Position numbers and translations under genes: made by a program. Under the pieces are notes generated by a model. It made no database searches and was not told the DNA's origin. It worked only from the letters and a program-made list of their open reading frames with translations. From the NCBI GenBank assembly GCA_963779835.1, contig CAVZZT010000005.1, positions 110,747 through 174,746 of the forward strand: a stretch of DNA of 64,000 nucleotides, read 5' to 3'. The DNA is from an uncultured Flavobacteriaceae bacterium (GTDB taxonomy: Bacteria; Bacteroidota; Bacteroidia; Flavobacteriales; Flavobacteriaceae). Below are positions 55,617 to 64,000 of this stretch, piece after piece; the stretch's first letter is position 1, and each line of letters starts with the position of its first letter.

Positions 55617-55813
55617 GTTTCAACTTCGCCGAAACAACAACAACAAATATATATCAATTGTGGTAAATAACGTAAAATTGTGGTGTTTTGTGGTGTTTTA
55701 TTTATAAACACCGGTTAATAAAATGCCTAAAATCTTAATTTTCAAATTCAGAATATTTAATTCCTGTATGGTATTTTTAGTGGAGGTGGTACAGTATCAC
55801 AATGGTTTATTAC

Positions 55814-57080
55814 TTACTGTTTAATTTGAATTTTTATCAATTCATCTAATCTAGTACTATACCTTTTAGACAACCTTTCCTGTTTAATCTTCCAGGTTCG
55901 TCCTAGATCCTGACCCCCAAATTTCACTTTTCCGTTTTCCCTAAAGTTTAATTGATCTACCACCTTCATCAATTGTTCATGCTTAGGATTTTCTTCTGAA
56001 AATAGTTTAAACTGCTTCTGCTTGGCTGGAGTAAGTTTCATGGCAATGATCCCAGCCTTCTTATACTGATAACCTTCTTTATAGATCATCTCAAGACCCG
56101 TTAAGGCTGTTTTAACTAATGTAATGCTTGAGTTAGTTGGAAAAGGAGTATATACCGATATACTTGCTCGATACTGCTTAAGATCATTCCTAAATGGATT
56201 TGTAAGCAAGAATACCTGGAGTAGAGAACAATTGCTATCCTGCCGTCTGAGTTTTTCTCCGATTTTTATAGCATAAGTTGAGACTCTTTCTTTCAATTCG
56301 GCATAATCGCTGTACATACTTTCAAAAGCCCTGGTGACAGCAATATTTTTTTTAAGTGGAGTAGCTTCTAATGATAAAGTGGTTAATCCCGATAGATCTC
56401 TTTTTAATCGCAGTCCAACAACTGAAAATTCTTTCCGAACATATTCATCATGCAATTCCACGAACTGCTGTGCATTTGTTATTTTCATCGCGAGTAATCT
56501 CTTTTCATATTGTCGGCCAATGCCCCAAACATCTCCAATTTTGGTCCACAATAAAGCTTTCCTTGTTTTTTCTGGATCATCGATGATATACACTCCACCC
56601 GTACGAGCTGCAAATTTCTTGGCGATCTTATTGGCAACTTTTGCCAGGGCCTTGGTTGGTGCAATACCAATACTAATTGGAATACCAGTTTTGCTTCGAA
56701 CAGCTTTGATCATTTCTTTCCCATAAGCATTAAGATCAAAATGTTCTTCAAATCCTTCAAGCAGCAGAAATGCTTCGTCGATAGAATAGATTTCAATATC
56801 TGGCGTGAACCTGGAAAGTATGTTCATTACTCTTCTGCTCATATCTCCGTACAAAGCATAGTTCGAACTGAAAACATAAACTCCGTTCTTTTCAAATAGC
56901 TTTTCAAACTGAAATGCCGGAGCACCCATAGGAATATCCAAGGGCTTTAGCTTCATTACTTCGAGCAATGACACATCCATCATTATTGGAAAGAACTACA
57001 ACCGGTTTATTTTCCAGGGATGGATTGAAAACTCTTTCACAGGAGGCATAGAAATTATTGCAGTCTACCAGGGCGTACAT
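55814..57080 (-). CDS. umuC: Y-family DNA polymerase UmuC, one apparent +1 insertion near 56936
   Basis: True N-terminus [18 protein letters not shown]...SNNDGC from 57080, then [11 protein letters not shown] and YSIDEAF. Confidence 0.92.
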
Positions 57081-57496
57081 TAAACATACTTGATTACGTT
57101 AGTAACTATTCCCCAGATCAGGAAGTCATTTTCTGCCGTAACCTTTATAGGCTGATATTTCTGGTTTTCCGCTACCAACCAGATCACATCTTTCTCAATT
57201 TTAATTCGCTTTACGGTAAACTCACCATCAATAAAACAAACGGCTATTTTGCCATTCCTTGGTTCCAATCCTTTATTAATTACCAATAGATCGCCATGTT
57301 CAATCCCGGCTCCGGTCATGGAATCACCTTCAACTCTCCCAAAAAAGGTGGCGTCCTGATCTTTAATAATTTCAGAATTGAGATCTATAGATTTATCCAG
57401 GTGATCATCTGCTGGGGAAGGAAAACCAGCAGTGATACTCCCTACGAATGGAAAGTTGAAAATTCCAGAAATGGCAAAATGAAGCATTACTTTCAT
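57080..57496 (-). CDS. umuD: UmuD/S24 peptidase
   Basis: AGFPSPA cleavage site, GDSM, FTVKR; TAATG overlap with umuC. Confidence 0.92.
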   Translation of the reverse strand: MKVMLHFAISGIFNFPFVGSITAGFPSPADDHLDKSIDLNSEIIKDQDATFFGRVEGDSMTGAGIEHGDLLVINKGLEPRNGKIAVCFIDGEFTVKRIKIEKDVIWLVAENQKYQPIKVTAENDFLIWGIVTNVIKYV

Positions 57497-57514
57497 ACTT
57501 CAAAATCTACACAA

Positions 57515-57529
57515 ATGGAATTATTCCAT
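57515..57529. promoter_or_regulatory. Palindromic operator, GGA-N5-TCC SOS-box type
   Basis: ATGGAA-TTA-TTCCAT about 20 bp upstream of umuD. Confidence 0.65.
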
Positions 57530-57567
57530 AAAAATAGGATTTTATCCTATTTATGTTTATGTGAATT

Positions 57568-58144
57568 TCAGGACTTTCTTTTGAATGATTCAAATCTTGC
57601 CTGCGCATTAAATAGTCTTTTAATCATTTCATCTCTATTAAATACCTGATAATTGACTTAATGATATAAGGTTTGACAAATATGGTTGTCTTTTGGCATC
57701 GCATATAAATTGATATAAATTTAAATCGCGCAATTCACTGAAGGTGATATTATAGTGATCGTAAAGTTTATGGGTTAGTGAAATATAACCTCTGTCTCGA
57801 TGAGATTTAAATGATCTTTTTACTTGGTTCTAAACTACCAAGGTAGTGACCGCCTCTAACATTAGTAGGTCCGTATTTTTAAATATATTTAATGTGGTTA
57901 AATCTTCAACTATCGTGGCATCTTTCATCCAATTTAATCCAGTATCAAAAGTTTCCACAATCTCTATAGGTTTGTGTTTTTTACACCATGAAGAGGCCTC
58001 TTTTCCTTGTTTAAGATGACTTAGCATCCGTATGTTTGGATCTACAGCAATACCTACGTAAAATTTATCTTCTTCTAATTTGACCACATAAACTTGCCAA
58101 TTTTCGTCGCTATATCTATCCTTTATTTTTCCTTGAGTGACCAT
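57568..58144 (-). CDS. GIY-YIG nuclease family protein, frameshifted (about 190 aa once joined)
   Basis: VYVVKLEEDKFYVG, RMLSH, WCKKHKP; YGPTNVRGG and further open sequence to the TGA at 57570-68 in shifted frames. Confidence 0.7.
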
Positions 58145-58232
58145 AATTAAGTTTTTAATTGCTTAATATACAAATCACTATGTTGCATAGATGTTGTTTT
58201 ATATATAAAATGATTGAGTAGGATTAATGAAT

Positions 58233-59130
58233 TTATTCTCCTTCAAAGAAATCATTATCTACCTCTTTAACTTCATAAACTGTTTTAATTTGGATGCCAA
58301 CATTATATTGATGCATTAGATCAACTAGTTTGGCTCCATCAACCAGAATGATCGAATGATGGGCTTCTCGAGCCTTTTTAATTGCAGCATCATCAAAAGT
58401 GGAAGTTGTTATAAAAACACCTTTACTAGTATCTCCACTCATTGCTCCGATAAAGTTCCGAATATCTTTTTCACGAACTTTATTTTCATTATATCTTTTT
58501 GCCTGGGTGTAGATCTTTTCCAATCCTAATTTATCCTCATTGATTATCCCATCAATACCACCATCTCCAGATTTCGAGGTTTCAATAAAGTCTCCGTATC
58601 CCATTCTTTTTAAAAGAATAAGAATCACTTTCTCAAAATAATATGGATCTAATTCTTTAAGCTTGTCAAGGAGTTCAGTTTTAACTTCAGTTTCAATAGT
58701 CGAGAAACCTGAATCTATTAAATCTTGAGGAGAAGCATTTTCTACATTAACCTTTTCAAGTTTAATTTCATTGTCTTTTTCTTTAGCTACAGATTCTCTA
58801 TGCTTTAATATAATCAGCATCATTCTGAAGTTCGTCCAAGGTCAAATGTCCTCTTTCTAAAGCTGCTTTACCTTTATCGGTGATTTGAACCATACCTCTT
58901 TTTGGGTACTGAGCGAATTTTGCCATTTTAAGATAGGACTTCCCCCAAAGAATTCTATCCATTAAAACATTTGCTCCTGAACTTGTTTTTTGATTCAACA
59001 ACTCTTCAGGTAAATGAGAATAGTATTTATCCCGAACTTGTGTAGCTAAATTTCTACTGTTCATAGGTTCGCCGGAACCGAGAATTTCTAATAGAGGAAT
59101 AAACGATTCGTGATACTTTGGTAACTCCAT
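58233..59130 (-). CDS. mrr: Mrr-family (type IV) restriction endonuclease, one apparent extra A near 58805
   Basis: Mrr_N (PKYHESFIPLL...WGKSYL...RG) plus Mrr_cat (FE...MGY, SGDGGIDG, QAKRY, FITTS). Confidence 0.9.
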
Positions 59131-59142
59131 GGTTGATAGTAT

Positions 59143-61188
59143 TTAGGTATTAGGCTTATTACTTTTTTCAAGAGCTTTAGATATTAGTTCAATTACATCA
59201 TCATCCGAAAAATTATCTTTGGTTGATAACAATTCGTTGATCTTTTGATCTCTACTTTTTAGATTTTTAAGTAATTCTTTGAACTGAATTCCAACCTTAT
59301 TATCTGTTTTTGTTTCTAGTGTCATAGTTACTTCATCCTTATATGACATAAATGAATCGTAGCATTTATGATATGCAATCCCAATTGCGCCAGAAAAAGG
59401 AATCATTTTAGGCTGTGCTGAATCTTCTCCACCTTTTAAAATCTGATCATTTGAAATTCCAGGGTAGGGATCTATAAAGTAAATAGTTTTTATGCCTAAT
59501 TGATAAGCTTTTTTGGAGCATAGTTCACAAGGGCTAGCTGTTGTGAATAATATTCCATCTTTCACTCCTTGCCCTCCCAACTTTGTAATTTGAAGCATGG
59601 CATTTTCTTCAGCGTGAAGAGACCTTGTATGAACCTGATTAGCTTCCCCTTCATAATGATTGTGAATTGTTTTAAAACAAAATGCGCAATTCTTGCCCTG
59701 TAGATCCTTTTCGTTCTTCTTTAGTGAATCACTGAAATAATCCTCTAAAGCCTCTTGAAAATTTCCTGGTTTTTCATTTTTATATTTAAAAGAAGATTTT
59801 GCCGAAGCTTTGCCTTTCTCAAAAGGGCTATAGTGTTTTGTTTGATCAAGCCACTCTTTAGAAGAAGGCTTAATTAGATCATTAACATCTCTTAAATTAC
59901 ATGGAGTATGTCCTTTTGCAACATCATTCCACCCAATTGACTTTACATAAAAGGCCTCATCAGTAATGGCTGCTCCAACACTTCTTGAAATACAACCAGA
60001 ATTCAATTTGGCAGAATTTGCAACTTGCATGGAACGTTCAACGGAACTGGGTGTAATAAGCCCTGGCTGAGATATGAGAGCCACCAACTTAAGCAGCTGT
60101 TCTTCCCTAGTTAGAAAATTCAGTTCTTTAAATGGTGGCTGATAAAGGTCTAGGAAATTATTTACATCATCTTTTTTGAGGTTTAAGATATGATAGTCGC
60201 TTTTTTGTATACAATTTTCCACATCAGGAGAGGAGAATATACCTTTAGAAAAGTCTTTAGTTTTATATTCTGTATCATCAAGGTCCAATAATTTGTCTGT
60301 TAAGTCATTCCGTTGTTTTTCACCTATAATATCCTCGGGAAGCCTTTTAAGAATACGCTCCCTGGAATTATCCATTACATCCTTTGTGGCTAACATATAA
60401 AATGCAGAATACCTTTCCCTAAAAAACATTATTTCAAGGGAATTACGTAGGGAGTCGATTACTATTCTAGTTGCTTTATCCTTATTAACTAATTTTCTAG
60501 CTTTAATTATACGGTTAATGACATTGGATATTTCGTAGATATTTTCTACCGTATTTCCATCTTTAACTAAAGGATCCCCAGACTGTCTAATATTACACGC
60601 CACGTGATGTAGTAAATTTGTCCTGCGATAATAACCTTCTGACTGTAAAGCATTAAAAATTTCATTGCTGAATTCTTCAAATTGCTCTCCGAAAAAAATA
60701 TCGTTTAGTAATATTAACTCTTCAGGGTTTTTTACTTTGCCTAGCTGTTTGATGGAGGTAATGTTACATACTAGCGTGGAGTGTTTTTTATGTATTTTAT
60801 GAATCTCATGATTAACCCTTTTCACAATATGGGAATTATCCTCATCCTTTGACTCTCTGTAAAATTCTTCCAAAAGACTTTTCAATCTATCTTTATCCCC
60901 TCCGTATTTATTAAAAAGAAAGAGGAGTAAAACATTTTTATAACTGATTACGTCAAATTTTTTCCAATTATCTTCGGTAGATAAAAAGTTCTTTACAATT
61001 CCATATTTTCTTACGAAAAGGTTATTAGAATATCTCTCATCGTGAAAATCACGAAGTCCTTTATTTTCTAACTCCTTATATGAGCCTTTTAAAAGGGATG
61101 CTATAGTGGTGCAACCGGAGCCTGTTCTACCTGTAAGACCTATTACTGTAAAATTTCTTCTTAAGGAATATAAATGATCTAAACGCAT
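59143..61188 (-). CDS. P-loop kinase plus dCMP/dCTP deaminase fusion (AvcD/anti-phage dCTP deaminase-like)
   Basis: IGLTGRTGSGCTT, IDSLRN, SGCISRSVGA, GWND, HAEENA, PCELC, YFIDPYP. Confidence 0.88.
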   Translation of the reverse strand: MRLDHLYSLRRNFTVIGLTGRTGSGCTTIASLLKGSYKELENKGLRDFHDERYSNNLFVRKYGIVKNFLSTEDNWKKFDVISYKNVLLLFLFNKYGGDKDRLKSLLEEFYRESKDEDNSHIVKRVNHEIHKIHKKHSTLVCNITSIKQLGKVKNPEELILLNDIFFGEQFEEFSNEIFNALQSEGYYRRTNLLHHVACNIRQSGDPLVKDGNTVENIYEISNVINRIIKARKLVNKDKATRIVIDSLRNSLEIMFFRERYSAFYMLATKDVMDNSRERILKRLPEDIIGEKQRNDLTDKLLDLDDTEYKTKDFSKGIFSSPDVENCIQKSDYHILNLKKDDVNNFLDLYQPPFKELNFLTREEQLLKLVALISQPGLITPSSVERSMQVANSAKLNSGCISRSVGAAITDEAFYVKSIGWNDVAKGHTPCNLRDVNDLIKPSSKEWLDQTKHYSPFEKGKASAKSSFKYKNEKPGNFQEALEDYFSDSLKKNEKDLQGKNCAFCFKTIHNHYEGEANQVHTRSLHAEENAMLQITKLGGQGVKDGILFTTASPCELCSKKAYQLGIKTIYFIDPYPGISNDQILKGGEDSAQPKMIPFSGAIGIAYHKCYDSFMSYKDEVTMTLETKTDNKVGIQFKELLKNLKSRDQKINELLSTKDNFSDDDVIELISKALEKSNKPNT

Positions 61189-61250
61189 TAATATTATTTT
61201 ATGTTTCTAGAGAGAATTATACTGCTATATCAATCTCTCTAAGTGATTTT

Positions 61251-62021
61251 TTAATTATTAAAATTGTGGTTGATTTCTTCTTTAAACTTGTCCATAAACC
61301 ATTCTAAGGTTCTACCCTTTTTCCCAAGTTCCCTTTCTAAAAAACTCATACGCTCTTGTGTATTTCTCGTTTTCGCGTTTAGCATTGGTGAAATCGCTGA
61401 CCACTCTCCGAGCTCCCAGTATAACTCTAATTCTTTTGGACAATTCTGAGGAATCTTCTCTATTTTCGATTTCAAATCCTTTAAGTATTCTGTCTTCAAT
61501 TCCTTCTCGATCTTGGATGACTTCCTCAATTCTTCGGTCAAGTTCTCCTGCTTCTGTTTCAATTGATTCCTTAACTGCTGCAAAATTTTGGACTTCTCTG
61601 AGTTGCTCTCTAAGTCTGTCTCTAATATTGAAATGTTCTTCTTCCACTTCTCTTTCTTCAATTTCAAATCTTCTTTCTTCTTCTTCAAAGTCTGCTTTTT
61701 CTCTTCCAAAACTTGAAAATCCTCTTGAAGCTTCCTCGACTGCTTTTTCTCTATGATATTTTTCCAGGCTGGCCAATTCCTGTTCTGCTTTTCTTGTAGC
61801 TTCCTTAATTCTATATATTTCTCGTTCAAAGTCTCGTTCAGCTTCTCTGTATTGTTTTCCTTCCAAGCACTTTCTAATTGTGCGTAAAGTATTGTTAATC
61901 CTGATACGTCTGCACGTGACAGATTCTCCAAAAATTCTTCTTTGCTGTTCATCAAAATCCAGTACTCCTTCTGGAGCTCTATTGGAAACTGAAAAATACG
62001 AGGTACGGGCTTCTTGGTCAT
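61251..62021 (-). CDS. Candidate nested gene, 256 aa K/E/L-rich coiled coil in the +1 frame of the CoiA-like gene
   Basis: 771-nt open frame; ATG context has A at -3, -6 and -11 to -13. Confidence 0.45.
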   Translation of the reverse strand: MTKKPVPRIFQFPIELQKEYWILMNSKEEFLENLSRADVSGLTILYAQLESAWKENNTEKLNETLNEKYIELRKLQEKQNRNWPAWKNIIEKKQSRKLQEDFQVLEEKKQTLKKKKEDLKLKKEKWKKNISILETDLESNSEKSKILQQLRNQLKQKQENLTEELRKSSKIEKELKTEYLKDLKSKIEKIPQNCPKELELYWELGEWSAISPMLNAKTRNTQERMSFLERELGKKGRTLEWFMDKFKEEINHNFNN

Positions 62022-62694
62022 TATATTCCCATTTAACGCGTTTGACGCTTTTAAAATTATCTTCTATTTCTTGATCGGATCCTCTAGGAATTACAATACT
62101 AACTGTATCAATCCCAAGTCTCTTGAGTTTAATTTTTTTCTCATCATTAACCTGATGAGTTACTACTAATTCAATAAAAAGAATTGGCTCATCTTTTTCA
62201 TTAAAGAAAGTGACGTCTGGCCTTAGCAAAAGATACCTTTCATCTATTTCTGGATTTTTTCCCCAGTGAATTTTTCCTTCTTGATCTTCATAAAAGGTTA
62301 ATTGAGATCTTACCTTATGAGCAGAAATAAATTTGGCTTCGGCTAATAATACAGGATTCCGTTTATCACCTTTATGCGGAAATTTTAATACCTCTGGAAC
62401 CTTTATTCTTTTAAGCCGTTGTAAAATATCAGTAGCTATTGTTTCTCTATGCTCTCTATTACTATAAGTGCATTTCTCTTCTCCCTTAGAAACATCAACT
62501 GGTACATGGCTGAAATAGGACCGATGGTTTGGGTTCTTTTTTTGAATGTTAGCCTGCATAGGTTTATCGCATCCTACACAATAATATCCCTTACGACCAC
62601 TTTCTGCATCGTCGATGTATATTTCCTCTCCCTTTACATTTTTTGCTCTGTCTGTTTGGAGGTCTGTATCGTATACTTTCTTATCAATCGGCAT
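61312..62694 (-). CDS. CoiA-like Zn-finger/PD-(D/E)XK protein with C-terminal coiled coil
   Basis: YYCVGC...YFSH...C...H; RPDV...FIELVVTH; E/R-rich tail. Confidence 0.75.
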   Translation of the reverse strand: MPIDKKVYDTDLQTDRAKNVKGEEIYIDDAESGRKGYYCVGCDKPMQANIQKKNPNHRSYFSHVPVDVSKGEEKCTYSNREHRETIATDILQRLKRIKVPEVLKFPHKGDKRNPVLLAEAKFISAHKVRSQLTFYEDQEGKIHWGKNPEIDERYLLLRPDVTFFNEKDEPILFIELVVTHQVNDEKKIKLKRLGIDTVSIVIPRGSDQEIEDNFKSVKRVKWEYNDQEARTSYFSVSNRAPEGVLDFDEQQRRIFGESVTCRRIRINNTLRTIRKCLEGKQYREAERDFEREIYRIKEATRKAEQELASLEKYHREKAVEEASRGFSSFGREKADFEEEERRFEIEEREVEEEHFNIRDRLREQLREVQNFAAVKESIETEAGELDRRIEEVIQDREGIEDRILKGFEIENREDSSELSKRIRVILGARRVVSDFTNAKRENEKYTRAYEFFRKGTWEKG

Positions 62695-62695
62695 A

Positions 62696-64000
62696 TTAAC
62701 TGGCTTCTACGATTTTAATTTCCTCCTCAGAAAGCCCGTAAAGCTCATAAACCATCTGGTCTATTTTCCTATCGGTCTCGTCTATTTGCTGCTTGAACTC
62801 GACTGCATTTTTCTTATTCTCTTCAAAAAGCTCCATCCATTGAAACTCATCTTTCTTGGTTAATTCCTTAATCGGTTCAAGACCTTCCTTAGCCCGATCG
62901 CGGTTAGTCTTTTTGATGGCTTTGTTTAACTCTTTGATAAAGTCACCAAATTCTAATTCATGCCAATTTTGGAGTTTCCGGGATAAACTTAAATTATTAA
63001 ATGAGTGCGATATCAATCTTTGAAATTTTTCATTCAATTCAAATAAAACTTTCTGCCCATCCATTGCTTGATCTACTTGTTGTTCAAGGTAAGCCAAGCT
63101 ATTAAGGTCTTTATTTGGTAAAGGGAAAGCCTTTAATGTTCCAACATTGAGTTTAGGATAAACCTTTCTTTGTAGGTTTATATTTCTTCCTTTATTACTA
63201 TAAGCACAGTATTTTGAAGTTATCAAACCTAATATAACTTTTAGATTTAATCCTTTTTCCTTTGGTTTTAATACAATTACATCTGAATTATTAATAACAT
63301 CATCTTCTGCTAGGTAACAAGCATCTACTTTCTTTCTACTCAAAATCCTATTCATGAGAATCCTTTCTCCTTTGAAATTATTTGGGTCTCTCATCGCTGA
63401 TAGGTTTGGACCATACTTTATAAACTCTGAAAACGGTTTTATTAGCATCCATTGGACATTCGATGCTCCAAGCAGAGGTAAATATGAATTGTCAAGTTTC
63501 TTGTTAGAATGATAAACCTTCTTTTTACGCATTTCTTGAGTTTGGATGGGAATTCCTTTTCCCACTTCATATGGTTGCATTCCTGTACTGAACTTTAATA
63601 CGTCACCTAAACTCAATTGATATTTAGTCCATTTATCCTTACCAATTATAATCTGCTTTTTTACATCAGCTTGCGTTAGATTTATAAAATCATCAATAGC
63701 AAAATTTCTTGACGAAATTGCCAAAAGCCTATCTTCAATTCTTTTCAATTTTGGATCAATCGAGCATACATGAGTTTCACTATTTTTAGAAGCTTGAAGA
63801 CCAGTTATAATAACCGTATCAACATTCACGTCTTCAAAAACTTCATGTGTATTAAGTATTTCCTTACAGTAATGTGACTGAGTAAGTTTAATTCTCAATT
63901 CAGCATCCCCAGCGTCCAAAGCCAATAATTCGAATGATTAGACTATAAATTCCTTTTGGACTTAACAGATTAAATACCAATTCGCAAAACAAGGTATAAA
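62696..64000 (-). CDS. Type IIG/Eco57I-TaqI-like restriction-modification enzyme, C-terminal part (5' end outside the window, frameshift near 63925)
   Basis: VFEDVNVDTVI, TaqI_C-like TRD (GMQPY, LKAFPLP), terminal IDQMVYELYGLSEEEIKIVE. Confidence 0.82.

Larger units (their letters stand above)
55417..55638 (-). ncRNA. Putative cis-antisense antitoxin RNA
   Basis: TATATTTG promoter at 55651-55644 (minus strand); AAGCCAGA/TCTGGCTT stem + U6 terminator at 55449-55417. Confidence 0.45.
53780..64000. mobile_element. Integrative element/genomic island, continuing beyond the window
   Basis: tRNA fragment next to an integrase, then umuDC and defence genes. Confidence 0.85.

Noticed and set aside
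61358-61756. 132-aa Ser-rich + strand ORF
   Set aside because: Antisense shadow of purine-rich coiled-coil coding sequence

Overview
AT-rich chromosomal segment from a marine Flavobacteriaceae (Gramella/Salegentibacter-like gene order; inferred). Bases 1 to ~53.7 kb are mostly housekeeping: RND efflux end, trxA, dinB, pyk, rnc-fabF-acpP, purN-rnhA, purF, sodA, AddA/AddB-like genes, kbl, ompA, tRNA-Ala(GGC), queD, lpxH, GH97, recJ, rsmI, tdk-alr-mscL, asd, prolyl oligopeptidase, mtgA, accCB-fabH-rpmF, pdxA and riboflavin synthase. The standout non-coding signal is between purF and sodA: four near-identical ~73-nt units, each with its own -7-like promoter, a conserved hairpin and an intrinsic terminator, which reads as a multicopy sRNA array. 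From ~53.78 kb an integrative element begins at a duplicated 3' fragment of a tRNA(CAU). It carries a tyrosine integrase, a candidate type I toxin-antitoxin pair, umuDC with an upstream GGA-N5-TCC box, and a defence cluster (GIY-YIG, Mrr, a kinase-dCMP/dCTP deaminase fusion, a CoiA-like nuclease hiding a 256-codon +1-frame nested ORF, and a type IIG-like restriction-modification gene running off the window). Several genes show small frameshifting indels that look like read/assembly errors. All calls come from reading the sequence and motifs; no searches were run.
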